A DNA stretch of 64,000 nt, taken from positions 280,283-344,282 of the forward strand of contig JADFDM010000001.1 in NCBI GenBank assembly GCA_018262795.1, written 5' to 3'. The translations under genes and the position numbers were made by a program. Positions 1 to 9,576 of this stretch are shown here, piece after piece (positions within the stretch are counted from its first letter, which is position 1; the number at the start of each line of letters is the position of its first letter). The notes below the pieces were generated by a model, which searched no databases, was not told where the DNA came from, and saw only the letters and a list, made by a program, of their open reading frames with translations. The DNA comes from Sphingobacteriales bacterium. GTDB lineage: Bacteria; Bacteroidota; Bacteroidia; Chitinophagales; LD1.

Positions 1-273
1 ATTAAAGTGCGCCCCGACTTGAATAGCGGAATTCAAAATCCAAACGATCAAAAAACTTTTTTCAGCATTTACCCCAATCCCGTTTCCTCGGTCTGCTACT
101 TACATTTTGCCGACAATGCGTTGCATGAAGTAGAGTTAGCTGATATTACCGGTAAGATTCTATTCAAGATGCCGATAGCACAGTCTGTAGAAATTCCTGT
201 GAGCGATTTGCAATCGGGTATCTACTTGGTTCGTTCCGGCAATCTTACTCGTAAACTGATTATCCAACATTAA
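1..273 (+). CDS. T9SS type A sorting (CTD) domain-containing secreted protein, C-terminal part only (5' truncated by window edge)
   Basis: Frame is open from base 1. It ends in YPNP...ITGK...GIYLV...TRKLIIQH, the type A CTD pattern. Confidence 0.85.
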   Translation: MKVRPDLNSGIQNPNDQKTFFSIYPNPVSSVCYLHFADNALHEVELADITGKILFKMPIAQSVEIPVSDLQSGIYLVRSGNLTRKLIIQH

Positions 274-1254
274 ATGAAGAAGCGATTAGTGGTCACAGGG
301 GCAGCGGGTTTTATAGGCTGTAATCTGGCGCGGAAATTAAATGCGATAGGGTATTCGGATATTATTTTGGTAGATCACTTCGACCACCCCGAAAAGCAAG
401 AGAATTGGAAAGAGCTTGCTTTCTCCGAGAAAATAGATAGAGATGTTTTCCCTGAATGGTTATTGGAAAATAGTGAGGAGGTAGAATTTATTTTTCACCT
501 CGGTGCACGAACCGATACTACCGAATTTAATTTTCGCATTCTCGACTCGCTCAATCTTAGCTATAGCAAAACGCTGTGGGAAATTTGTACCGTCAAACAA
601 ATTCCATTGCTCTACGCCTCCTCAGCCGCCACCTACGGAGCAGGTGAAAAGGGCTTTGCCGATGACCAAAGTCTTATCAAAGAATTAAAGCCGCTCAATC
701 CGTACGGGCTTTCAAAGCAGTTGTTCGATTTGTTTGTGCTTGCTCAAAAGAGCGCTCCGCCTTTTTGGTGCGGTCTTAAATTCTTTAACGTGTATGGCCC
801 GCATGAAAATCACAAAGGACGAATGGCTTCGGTGGTGCTACATGCCTATCATCAAATTCAGGAGACCGGTCAAGTGAAACTATTCAAAAGCCATCGCGCT
901 GAATTTAAAGATGGGGAACAACTGCGCGACTTTATTTACGTGGATGATATCATCAGCATTTGCCTTTTTTTCTATAGGCAATACTGCTCGAAACCTTCTA
1001 ATGCGCTTTCCGCTATTTATAATGCAGGTACCGGCACTGCCCGAAGTTTTAATGATTTGGTGCAAGCAATATTCACCGCCTTACATCTTCCGGTGCAGAT
1101 AAATTATATAGATATTCCCGAAGACATTCGCGACAAATATCAATCCTATACGAAAGCCGAAATGGATAAACTGCTTTCAGTCGGTTATTCTAAAAACTTC
1201 ACTTTATTAGAAGATGGAGTAGCTAAATATGTAGATTACCTCCGGAAAGTGTAA
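274..1254 (+). CDS. hldD: ADP-L-glycero-D-manno-heptose 6-epimerase
   Basis: GAAGFIG NAD-binding motif, YGLSK (YxxxK), and FFNVYGPHENHKGRMASV signature of HldD/RfaD. Confidence 0.9.
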   Translation: MKKRLVVTGAAGFIGCNLARKLNAIGYSDIILVDHFDHPEKQENWKELAFSEKIDRDVFPEWLLENSEEVEFIFHLGARTDTTEFNFRILDSLNLSYSKTLWEICTVKQIPLLYASSAATYGAGEKGFADDQSLIKELKPLNPYGLSKQLFDLFVLAQKSAPPFWCGLKFFNVYGPHENHKGRMASVVLHAYHQIQETGQVKLFKSHRAEFKDGEQLRDFIYVDDIISICLFFYRQYCSKPSNALSAIYNAGTGTARSFNDLVQAIFTALHLPVQINYIDIPEDIRDKYQSYTKAEMDKLLSVGYSKNFTLLEDGVAKYVDYLRKV

Positions 1255-1324
1255 AAATATTTGTAGTAGGTATCGGCTTTTAGGTATTTTTGTTTCTAAT
1301 TAGTCATAATTGCATTAAACTAAT

Positions 1325-2662
1325 ATGAACAAAAAGATACTGCTTCCATTCGCCCTACTCGGCTTGGTTTGTTGCCTTGGCACTTACTGTTGTCAAACTG
1401 ACAATCCGGTAAGTACGGGTGCTACTATGAACATGGCAGATATTGCCTGGATGCTCACTGCTTCGGGCTTAGTGTTATGGATGACTCCCGGCCTTTCTTT
1501 TTTCTACGGGGGCATGGTGAGTAAAAAAAATATCATCTCCACCATGCTGCAAAGCTTTATCGCGCTCGGAGTTATCACTATTCTGTATGTGTTTGTAGGC
1601 TTTAGTCTGTGCTTTGGCGATAGTTGGCACGGAATCATCGGCAACCCATTTACTTTTTTCATGTTCCGCCATGTGGACTTAAACACGCATTCCAAATTAG
1701 CCCCTACCATTCCGCTATTGCTGTTTGCACTGTTTCAAATGAAGTTTGCCATCATCACCCCCGCCCTTATCACCGGTAGTTTTGCCGAGCGGGTAAAGTT
1801 TAATGCGTATCTAATTTTCATTTGCTTGTTCTCTGTTTTTATTTATGCCCCCTTAGCGCACTGGACCTGGCATCCCGATGGTTTTTTGCGCAAATGGGGA
1901 GTGCTTGATTTTGCCGGTGGATCGGTGGTGCACATGAGTGCCGGTTATGCCGCCTTGGCCGGAGCTATAATCTTGGGACCGCGCACCCGTTTTGGAGATA
2001 GTAAACATACCGAGCCGGCCAATATTCCCTACGTGATTTTAGGTACAGGCATGTTGTGGTTTGGTTGGTTTGGATTTAATGCCGGTTCTTCCTTAGGGGC
2101 AAACGTAACCGCTGTTCTTGCTTTCTCTACCACGATGGTGGCCTCTGCTGCGGCTATGCTTGGCTGGATATTTTTTGATGCGATGCGAGGGAAAAAAGTG
2201 TCGGCCATGGGAGCTTGCATTGGAGCGGTGGTGGGTCTGGTAGCTATCACTCCGGCTGCGGGCTATGTGACCGTTCCGCACGCTATGTTTATTGGTTTTA
2301 TTTCTTCCGTTATCAGCAACTTGGCGGTGCACACAAAAAACAAATCGAAGTTAGACGACACGCTCGATGTGTTCCCCTGCCATGGGGTGGGAGGTATCAG
2401 CGGGATGCTATTGACAGGAGTATTTGCAAAGGATGTAGGCTTGTATTACGGACACACTACTACTTTCTTTTATCACTTACTGGCGCTGGTGATTGTTAGT
2501 GTATATGCTTTTGGCGGTTCGTATGTTCTGTATAAAATTACCGCGATGATTGTTCCGCTGCGGGTGAGTGTGCAGGACGAAATGGATGGTCTTGATTTTA
2601 CACAGCATGGCGAAACCTACAAGCTGAAAAAGCCGCTGCCTCAAATCGCAAATCCGAATTAG
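1325..2662 (+). CDS. amt: Ammonium transporter (Amt family)
   Basis: WMLTASGLVLWMTPGL, FQMKFAIITPALITG, DFAGGSVVH, LWFGWFGFNAGS and FPCHGVGG; both twin His residues are present. Confidence 0.95.
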   Translation: MNKKILLPFALLGLVCCLGTYCCQTDNPVSTGATMNMADIAWMLTASGLVLWMTPGLSFFYGGMVSKKNIISTMLQSFIALGVITILYVFVGFSLCFGDSWHGIIGNPFTFFMFRHVDLNTHSKLAPTIPLLLFALFQMKFAIITPALITGSFAERVKFNAYLIFICLFSVFIYAPLAHWTWHPDGFLRKWGVLDFAGGSVVHMSAGYAALAGAIILGPRTRFGDSKHTEPANIPYVILGTGMLWFGWFGFNAGSSLGANVTAVLAFSTTMVASAAAMLGWIFFDAMRGKKVSAMGACIGAVVGLVAITPAAGYVTVPHAMFIGFISSVISNLAVHTKNKSKLDDTLDVFPCHGVGGISGMLLTGVFAKDVGLYYGHTTTFFYHLLALVIVSVYAFGGSYVLYKITAMIVPLRVSVQDEMDGLDFTQHGETYKLKKPLPQIANPN

Positions 2663-2730
2663 ACAGCAGTTGACATGATTAAGTTGAAAATAATGTAGGC
2701 GGGATTAGCTGTCAACTGTATATTCGCCTC

Positions 2731-3387
2731 ATGAGTGTAATTGTTGCGCCATCGGTACTCAGTGCCGATTTCGGAAATCTACAACGAGATGTAGAAATGC
2801 TGAATAACAGCGAAGCCGAATGGATTCATATTGACATTATGGACGGCTCGTATGTGCCCAATATCTCCTTCGGCTTTCCGGTGTTGAAGGCTATTCGCAA
2901 GCACACTAAAAAGGTGTGCGATGTACACTTGATGGTGGTACAGCCCGAACGATATTTTCAGGAGTTTCGCGATGCCGGTGCCGATGTGATTACCATCCAC
3001 CACGAAGCGGTGACGCATCTCGATTCGGCTATTCATCAAATCAAAGCAACGGGAGCCAAAGCCGGTGTGGCGCTCAATCCTTCTACCCCGGTATCGGTTT
3101 TAAAAGAAGTGATTCATCTGTTGGATTTAGTGTTGGTGATGAGTGTGAATCCCGGATTTGGCGGACAAAAATTTATCTCCAATTCCGTACAAAAAGTAAG
3201 AGATGCCAATGAGTTGATCCACTCCACCGGCTCTTCTGCGCTAATAGAAGTGGATGGTGGAATAGGGACTAACAACGCCAAGCAACTGATCGAAGCCGGA
3301 GCTAATGTGTTAGTGGCCGGCAATGCAGTTTTTGGCTCGGATGATCCCATGCTAACTATTCAGCAGATAAAAAATGCAGCCGAATAA
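2731..3387 (+). CDS. rpe: Ribulose-phosphate 3-epimerase
   Basis: APSVLSADF, HIDIMDG..VPN, DVHLMV, MSVNPGFGGQKF and IEVDGG motifs. Confidence 0.97.
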   Translation: MSVIVAPSVLSADFGNLQRDVEMLNNSEAEWIHIDIMDGSYVPNISFGFPVLKAIRKHTKKVCDVHLMVVQPERYFQEFRDAGADVITIHHEAVTHLDSAIHQIKATGAKAGVALNPSTPVSVLKEVIHLLDLVLVMSVNPGFGGQKFISNSVQKVRDANELIHSTGSSALIEVDGGIGTNNAKQLIEAGANVLVAGNAVFGSDDPMLTIQQIKNAAE

Positions 3388-3418
3388 TAAACCTATCTAA
3401 TTCTCGTTTTAGCCACCG

Positions 3419-5956
3419 ATGTTTCGAAAGAGTTTTCTACTTGCCGTTTCTGTATTCGCTTGTCTGCTGTCATTCAGCCAGGGATTTGGAACCGTGCAGG
3501 GAGTAGTAAAAGATTCTTCCGGCAGAGTGTATGACGGGGTGTTTATTGCGGTGCAAGAAAACGCCAAATACAATACCTATTCCGATAAGAACGGTCACTT
3601 TGAACTGAAAGTGCCCGCAGGTAAAAAGGTTACACTTATATTTTCTTCCATCAACATTATTACTCAGAAAGGCGAAGTGCAGTTGGAGAAAGGAGAGGAG
3701 TTGAACATCTCTGCCATCGTTACCGAGAAGGTGAACATGCTGAAGGATGCGGTGATTCAGGAAAAAAGAAAAGAAGATAACGGAGCCAGCACTGTAGATG
3801 TGAAAGTGGAGCAACAACTCCCCGCCATTAACGAGGGCATCGAAGCCTATCTCGTGTATCAGTTGGGGGTGAGCAAGAGCAACGAACTGAGTTCGAGCTA
3901 CAGTGTGCGGGGGGGGAACTTTGATGAGAACTTAGTGTATGTAAACGACTTTGAAGTGTACCGCCCTTTTCTGATTCGCAGCGGACAGCAAGAGGGGTTG
4001 AGTTTTGTGAACACCAGCATGGTGAGTAATGTAAAATTTAATTCGGGCGGTTTTCAGGCGAAGTATGGCGATAAGATGAGCTCTGTTTTAGATGTGGAAT
4101 ATAAGCGCCCCAAGAAATTTGGCGGCTCGGTGTATGGAAGTTTGCTCGGCTTTGGCGGCCATTTAGAAGGCTGTGATAAAACGCAACGATTCACTTTCTT
4201 GGTGGGAGTGCGCCAGCGCCTGAGTCAGTATATTCTGCATAGCTTAGAAGAGAAAGGACAATACAGCCCCAATTTTTTGGATGTGCAGAGTTATCTCACT
4301 TTTCAGGCTTCGGAGAAAGTGGGCTTAGAACTGATTACCAATTACGCGCGCAACAGCTATGTGTTTAAACCCGTAGATCGCGAAACCAGTTTCGGCTTGC
4401 TCACCGATGTAAAAAAACTCACAGTTTATTTTGACGGGCAAGAAGCCGACAAGTATCAAAGCCTGATGAACGGGTTGGCCTTGACTTATCTCCCCAACAA
4501 TAATTTGAAAATTAAATTTCTCGGCTCTTATTACATGAACCGCGAGAAGGAAGCCTACGATATTCTCGGAGAATATTACCTGAGCCAAGTGGAAAGCGAT
4601 TTGGGCAAAAGTAGCTTTGGCGATATTCTCTATAGCCTCGGAGTGGGCGGCTTGCAAAACTGGGCGCGCAACACTCTCAACTCCGATATTTACTATGCCG
4701 GCCATCGCGGCTCTTGGTTCAAAAAGGGACACAATTTGCAATGGGGAGTGGATTACAAGCGCGAAGTGATTAGTGATAGAGTGAGCGAATGGGACCGTAC
4801 CGACTCTGCCGGATATTCCCTGCCCTATAATTTCACGACCGATTATAGCAACAATGATTCGGTGACCTACACTAAACTGACGGTGGGAGTGAATCGCTTG
4901 CTCAAATCTTCTTTCGATTTAAAGTCAAATCGCTATGCCGCCTTTATTCAGGATAGCTGGAAGTTTGGCGATACGGCTCGGTTTAATCTGACTTATGGGG
5001 TGCGCTTTCAATGGTGGGATGTAAACAAAGAAGTGGTGGTGACTCCGCGCGTTCAGTTCAGCTACAAGCCCAAAGGCCGAGCCGACATTGTGTTGACCGC
5101 AGCCGCAGGTACTTACTATCAACCTCCTTTTTACCGCGAAATGCGCGATATGGATGGGCATGTAAATACCTCTCTTCGCTCACAAAAATCGGTGCATACG
5201 GTGATCGGATTGAACTACGCCTTTAAGGCATGGAAACGCCCTTTCAGTTTTATTACCGAGGTGTATTACAAATATCTGTGGGACTTAGTGCCTTATGAGT
5301 TTGACAATGTGCTCATCCGCTATTTTGGGAAAAACGAATCGAAAGGCTATGCAGCAGGGATAGACATGCGGCTGAACGGTGAATTGGCCGAAGGTGCAGA
5401 GAGTTGGATCAGCATGAGCATTATGAGCACGCAAGAAGATTTGATTGGCGATAAATACACCGCTTACTACGACAGCACCGGCAATCAACTGTCGTATAAC
5501 TCTAACAATGCCTCGCGTATTGTTGACTCGGCCACCATCTATCCCGGCTACATTCCTCGCCCGACTGATCAGCGCGTCAACTTTGCCATGTTCTTTCAAG
5601 ATTACATCCCCAAGTTTCCTTTCATAAAACTGCATCTCAGCATGGTGTTTGGCACCGGCTTGCCTTTTGGGCCGCCCGATCATGACAAATACAAAGATGT
5701 GTTGCGCATTCCTCCTTATCGCAGGGTGGATGTAGGATTCAGCGGTCAGTTGTGGAGCCCTAAGTGGGCGAAGAAACACAACGCCTTTAATCAAGGGTTG
5801 AAAAGCGCTTGGGTGAGTCTGGAGGTATTCAACATTTTCGGTATCACCAATACGGTGAGTTATCTTTGGGTGAGCGATATTAACGGTACCCGCTATGCCG
5901 TGCCCAACTACCTCACCGCCCGTAGAATTAACGCCAAGGTGATGTTTAATTTTTAG
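3419..5956 (+). CDS. TonB-dependent-receptor-like outer membrane beta-barrel with N-terminal CarboxypepD_reg-like domain
   Basis: Signal peptide, DKNGHFEL N-domain, plug-like YSVRGGNFDENLVYVN, GGFQAKYGDKMSSVLDV, and C-terminal Phe. Confidence 0.8.
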   Translation: MFRKSFLLAVSVFACLLSFSQGFGTVQGVVKDSSGRVYDGVFIAVQENAKYNTYSDKNGHFELKVPAGKKVTLIFSSINIITQKGEVQLEKGEELNISAIVTEKVNMLKDAVIQEKRKEDNGASTVDVKVEQQLPAINEGIEAYLVYQLGVSKSNELSSSYSVRGGNFDENLVYVNDFEVYRPFLIRSGQQEGLSFVNTSMVSNVKFNSGGFQAKYGDKMSSVLDVEYKRPKKFGGSVYGSLLGFGGHLEGCDKTQRFTFLVGVRQRLSQYILHSLEEKGQYSPNFLDVQSYLTFQASEKVGLELITNYARNSYVFKPVDRETSFGLLTDVKKLTVYFDGQEADKYQSLMNGLALTYLPNNNLKIKFLGSYYMNREKEAYDILGEYYLSQVESDLGKSSFGDILYSLGVGGLQNWARNTLNSDIYYAGHRGSWFKKGHNLQWGVDYKREVISDRVSEWDRTDSAGYSLPYNFTTDYSNNDSVTYTKLTVGVNRLLKSSFDLKSNRYAAFIQDSWKFGDTARFNLTYGVRFQWWDVNKEVVVTPRVQFSYKPKGRADIVLTAAAGTYYQPPFYREMRDMDGHVNTSLRSQKSVHTVIGLNYAFKAWKRPFSFITEVYYKYLWDLVPYEFDNVLIRYFGKNESKGYAAGIDMRLNGELAEGAESWISMSIMSTQEDLIGDKYTAYYDSTGNQLSYNSNNASRIVDSATIYPGYIPRPTDQRVNFAMFFQDYIPKFPFIKLHLSMVFGTGLPFGPPDHDKYKDVLRIPPYRRVDVGFSGQLWSPKWAKKHNAFNQGLKSAWVSLEVFNIFGITNTVSYLWVSDINGTRYAVPNYLTARRINAKVMFNF

Positions 5957-5963
5957 GGGAAGA

Positions 5964-5998
5964 TTAGTTTTTAGTTTACGGTTTACAGTTTACAGTTT
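5964..5998. repeat. Intergenic heptamer tandem tract (5 x NNNGTTT)
   Basis: ttagttt ttagttt acggttt acagttt acagttt immediately after the TBDR stop codon. Confidence 0.8.
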
Positions 5999-6100
5999 GT
6001 ACTGTCCTAAATAACGTTGACCGTTTTGGAAGTTTGCTAAATGCTTAGTGAGGGCTTGCTTACAATCTACTGCTTGAATGAAAAGCATATGATCACAAAC

Positions 6101-6127
6101 AAAAATTCCACTTGCAATGAAGTGGAA
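6101..6127 (-). terminator. Probable intrinsic terminator of the scoA-scoB operon
   Basis: Stem ttccactt/aagtggaa, followed on the minus strand by a T run. Confidence 0.6.
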
Positions 6128-6155
6128 CTGATGTTATAATGAGAAACTGTAAAAC

Positions 6156-6812
6156 CTATATCACCATCTCTTTTAAGTTAGGGCTTATCACCAACTTACC
6201 TGCTGTCTTTTCTTTTATCTCCTCTATGGTAACACCGGGAGCAATTTCTAAAAGGTGAAAAGCTCCGTCCTTAATTTCGTAAAAGCCTAATTCCGTCACT
6301 ACTCGCGTGATACAATTTTTACCGGTAAGCGGTAAGGTGCATTTAGGCAATAACTTCGATTGTCCTTTCGGGTTGGTTTGCATCATCGCCACAATAATGT
6401 TATCGGTAGCCGCTACCAAATCCATAGCGCCTCCCATGCCTTTCACCATCTTCCCGGGAATTTTCCAGTTGGCAATGTCGCCATTCTCATCTACTTCCAT
6501 GGCACCGAGCACCGTTAGGTTTACATGGCTGCCGCGAATCATTGCAAAACTATCGGCTGATGAAAAAAGAGAAGAGCCTTTGAGCATAGTTACCGTTTGT
6601 TTACCGGCATTAATCAAGTCCGCATCCACCTCTTCATCGCGGGGAAAGGGACCCATGCCCAACAATCCATTTTCACTTTGCAGGGTTACGTTCATCCCTT
6701 CGGGAATGTAGTTGGCTACCAAAGTGGGAATACCTATGCCGAGGTTTACATAGTAACCATCGCGCAGTTCCTTTGCTATCCTTTTTGCTATTTCAAATTT
6801 ATCTAAAGCCAT
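6156..6812 (-). CDS. scoB: 3-oxoacid CoA-transferase subunit B
   Basis: VNLGIGIPT, LQSENG (catalytic Glu) and KGMGGAMDLV motifs. Confidence 0.95.
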   Translation of the reverse strand: MALDKFEIAKRIAKELRDGYYVNLGIGIPTLVANYIPEGMNVTLQSENGLLGMGPFPRDEEVDADLINAGKQTVTMLKGSSLFSSADSFAMIRGSHVNLTVLGAMEVDENGDIANWKIPGKMVKGMGGAMDLVAATDNIIVAMMQTNPKGQSKLLPKCTLPLTGKNCITRVVTELGFYEIKDGAFHLLEIAPGVTIEEIKEKTAGKLVISPNLKEMVI

Positions 6813-6861
6813 AATTCAAAGTTTCTATTTGCAGTGAAAGAATACAATAGTTGATGATAGA

Positions 6862-7215
6862 TTAATGCACTAATTGGGGCACAAACAGTTCGCGCCTGAT
6901 GACCTCTTTTATTTCCGTCTTTAAATCTCTTACGGTGTTCATGGTGCTTTCCTCTAAAGGCAGGCGAATCCCCAGTTTGCAGGCAATGAGTATGTTTTCT
7001 ATTTCATCGAGGCAACTTAAAACACTGCCAAGATGCAGGGCACTATTTGCAGTATCGTCCGCTCGGTTCATTTGTTCCATCTCCATATTCATCTGACCGA
7101 GGTTGGTATAAATGTATCCGGCAAAATTATCTTGTCCGTATTCTTCCAATTTTTCAGTGGTGAGAGCCAGCTTAATTTTCATTAGCAACAGTTTATCTGA
7201 GAGTCGTAATTCCAT
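6862..7215 (-). CDS. All-helical 117-aa protein, possibly a very divergent four-helix-bundle family member
   Basis: Fills the scoA-scoB gap with 18 and 49 bp spacers. LGSVLSCLDEIENILIACKLGI resembles helix 3 of four-helix-bundle proteins, but the NIAEG signature is absent. Confidence 0.5.
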   Translation of the reverse strand: MELRLSDKLLLMKIKLALTTEKLEEYGQDNFAGYIYTNLGQMNMEMEQMNRADDTANSALHLGSVLSCLDEIENILIACKLGIRLPLEESTMNTVRDLKTEIKEVIRRELFVPQLVH

Positions 7216-7233
7216 AGAGAATGTTTAGGTGAA

Positions 7234-7935
7234 TTAATCTTTCGATATTGTTCTTTGCTCAATTCGTTTTTTATAATCAGTGCCTTTGAAAATTCGGTTG
7301 ATGTAAATGCCCGGTACATGAATACAATTCGGATCCAGTTCGCCCGGCTCCACTAATTCTTCCACTTCGGCAATGGTTATTTTACCGGCAGTAGCCATCA
7401 TGGGGTTAAAGTTGCGAGCGGTACCTTTAAATATCAGGTTGCCCATGGTGTCGCCTTTCCATGCCTTCACGATGCTGAAATCTGCTTTCAGCCATTGCTC
7501 CATCACATACATTTTACCATTGAACTCGCGCGTTTCTTTCCCTTCGGCTACCTCAGTGCCATAACCGGTAGGAGTGAAAAAGGCGGGAATGCCTGCCCCT
7601 CCCGCTCTGATGCGCTCGGCTAAGGTTCCCTGCGGCACTAAATCCACTTCCAGTTCACCCGAAAGTAATTGGCGTTCAAATTCAGCGTTTTCGCCCACGT
7701 AACTGCTAATCATTTTTTTTACTTGTTTGGTTTGCAGCATCAATCCAATACCGAAATCATCCACTCCGGCATTGTTCGATATACAGGTGAGTCCCTTTAC
7801 TCCGGTTTTAATTAAAGCGGTAATGCAATTTTCAGGGATACCGCAAAGTCCGAAACCGCCCAACATCAGCACGGCATTCTCAGGGATGTCTTTTACTGCC
7901 TCATCGGCATTCGCTACAACTTTATTCATAGTCAA
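7234..7935 (-). CDS. scoA: 3-oxoacid CoA-transferase subunit A
   Basis: [34 protein letters not shown] and TARNFNP motifs. Confidence 0.95.
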   Translation of the reverse strand: MTMNKVVANADEAVKDIPENAVLMLGGFGLCGIPENCITALIKTGVKGLTCISNNAGVDDFGIGLMLQTKQVKKMISSYVGENAEFERQLLSGELEVDLVPQGTLAERIRAGGAGIPAFFTPTGYGTEVAEGKETREFNGKMYVMEQWLKADFSIVKAWKGDTMGNLIFKGTARNFNPMMATAGKITIAEVEELVEPGELDPNCIHVPGIYINRIFKGTDYKKRIEQRTISKD

Positions 7936-7980
7936 GTTATTGAGCTGTAAAGGAAAATGGTTTGAAGGGGGTATGTAAGG

Positions 7981-8319
7981 CTACTTACTCACATCCGATT
8001 CGCGTTTACTCAGTTCAGTGAGTATTTCTTCGTACAGTTTATTCTGCCACGCGGGGTGTGCGAGGTAAAATTGATAGCTCTGCTTGAATTGATCTTCTGT
8101 GATTCCGTTGTTTTTGTAAATCTGCGCATACAGTGCGCGAGTTACTTCGCCTTCATTGGCTCCGCCTTTTGCTTTTGTTTCGGCTACGGCATCGGCAATG
8201 TGCATATCTGCCAAAATCATTTTCATTTTTGTAAGGGGGAGAATATCGGCAGGCATTTTGGGCATGTCCGGCTTGCAGGCACCAATCAATATCAACAACA
8301 ATGGAATGTAACGCTTCAT
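7981..8319 (-). CDS. DUF4296-like lipoprotein
   Basis: ATG at 8319 gives MKRYIPLLLILIGAC (lipobox). LADMHIADA and QFKQSYQFY..HP fit this Bacteroidota family. Confidence 0.7.
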   Translation of the reverse strand: MKRYIPLLLILIGACKPDMPKMPADILPLTKMKMILADMHIADAVAETKAKGGANEGEVTRALYAQIYKNNGITEDQFKQSYQFYLAHPAWQNKLYEEILTELSKRESDVSK

Positions 8320-8348
8320 TATTTTTGCTAAAATAGAATTACTTGCGA

Positions 8349-9020
8349 ATGGATTTTGAAAAATACTATGCACTTACGGAAGAGATAAAACGAAAAGGAG
8401 CGCGGTTAGTGGCGGTTTCTAAAACCAAACCACCGGAGGAAATACTTCAACTATACGAACGCGGACAAAAAATATTTGGCGAAAACAAGGTGCAGGAGTT
8501 AGCACAGAAATATGAGCAACTGCCGAAAGATATAGACTGGCATCTCATCGGGCATCTTCAAACCAACAAGGTAAAGTATATAATTCCCTTTGTGTCCTTG
8601 ATCCATTCCGTAGATAGCTTGAAGTTGTTGGAAGAAATTGATAAACAAGCTGCGAAGCAAGAGCGCACGATTGATTGCCTGTTGCAGATTTACATTGCCG
8701 ATGAGGAAACGAAATTTGGTCTTAGCCAAATTGAAGCAGAGGACTTGTTGCGCTCTCCGCAATTTTGCAGCTTGGCTCATATTCGTGTTTGCGGCCTGAT
8801 GGGGATCGCTACTAACACCGAAGATGCGGAACAAATTCGCAGAGAATTTCAAGACCTCAAATCCTTTTTTGAAAAGTTGAAGCAGACTTACTTTAGTGAT
8901 AAATCTTTTTTCAGAGAGTTGTCAATGGGGATGAGTGCCGATTATAAAATTGCATTGGCGGAAGGCGCAACGCTGATACGAGTAGGCAGTATGTTGTTTG
9001 GCGAAAGGCAGTATCACTAA
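8349..9020 (+). CDS. yggS: PLP homeostasis protein (YggS/PlpBP)
   Basis: LVAVSKTKP (PLP Lys), FGENKVQE, WHLIGHLQTNK, LSMGMSADY and IRVGS motifs. Confidence 0.95.
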   Translation: MDFEKYYALTEEIKRKGARLVAVSKTKPPEEILQLYERGQKIFGENKVQELAQKYEQLPKDIDWHLIGHLQTNKVKYIIPFVSLIHSVDSLKLLEEIDKQAAKQERTIDCLLQIYIADEETKFGLSQIEAEDLLRSPQFCSLAHIRVCGLMGIATNTEDAEQIRREFQDLKSFFEKLKQTYFSDKSFFRELSMGMSADYKIALAEGATLIRVGSMLFGERQYH

Positions 9021-9023
9021 GAC

Positions 9024-9410
9024 TTACCAAGGATTTTGTAAATCCTTTGCTTCATACGTATGATTGCGAGTAGTGTAGTATGAGTCGCTACTTGTTTTCT
9101 TTAATTGCATGTTGTCCTTCTTTCCGGCAAATAATTTTGACAGCAACGAAAGCGGAAACAGAAACAGAAAGAAGATTACTGATAAAATTACTTTCGACAT
9201 CACAAAGCCCATTCCCTCGCCCAACTTTGTCCATGCCCATGCCATTTTTGCAGTGAGGAATTTGGAAAAAATGCCCACTAAGCCTAAAAGAATGCTCAGT
9301 GTAATGAGCCAGCGATACTGTTGCTTGGTAGCGAAATATACCACCAGCAAACCCACACAGATGGTGAGCAGTATTTCTAATTCCTTTTCGCGGTTTAGTT
9401 TTATTTTCAT
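9024..9410 (-). CDS. SxtJ-family membrane protein
   Basis: ATG at 9410 (MKIKLNRE...). Three hydrophobic segments with AWAWTKLGEGMGFVMSKVILSVIFFLFLFP and a typical C-terminal ...DLQNPW. The longer ORF-track start is an upstream extension. Confidence 0.75.
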   Translation of the reverse strand: MKIKLNREKELEILLTICVGLLVVYFATKQQYRWLITLSILLGLVGIFSKFLTAKMAWAWTKLGEGMGFVMSKVILSVIFFLFLFPLSLLSKLFAGKKDNMQLKKTSSDSYYTTRNHTYEAKDLQNPW

Positions 9411-9412
9411 AC

Positions 9413-9562
9413 CTAAAAAAGAGTGTAAACAAAGGGAGCCACCGCAGAGCCTCCGCCAATGACTAAAAGAATGCCAACGAGCAACAACACAATAATGACG
9501 GGGAGCAGCCACCATTTTTTTCGCTCCATTAAAAAGTGCCAGAGGTCTTTCAGGAAATCCAT
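9413..9562 (-). CDS. DUF5989 / SxtK-like 49-aa membrane peptide
   Basis: MDFLKDLWHFLMERKKWWLLP...GGGSAVAPFVYTLF, the family consensus. Confidence 0.85.
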   Translation of the reverse strand: MDFLKDLWHFLMERKKWWLLPVIIVLLLVGILLVIGGGSAVAPFVYTLF

Positions 9563-9576
9563 AGTTCGAGTACGAT

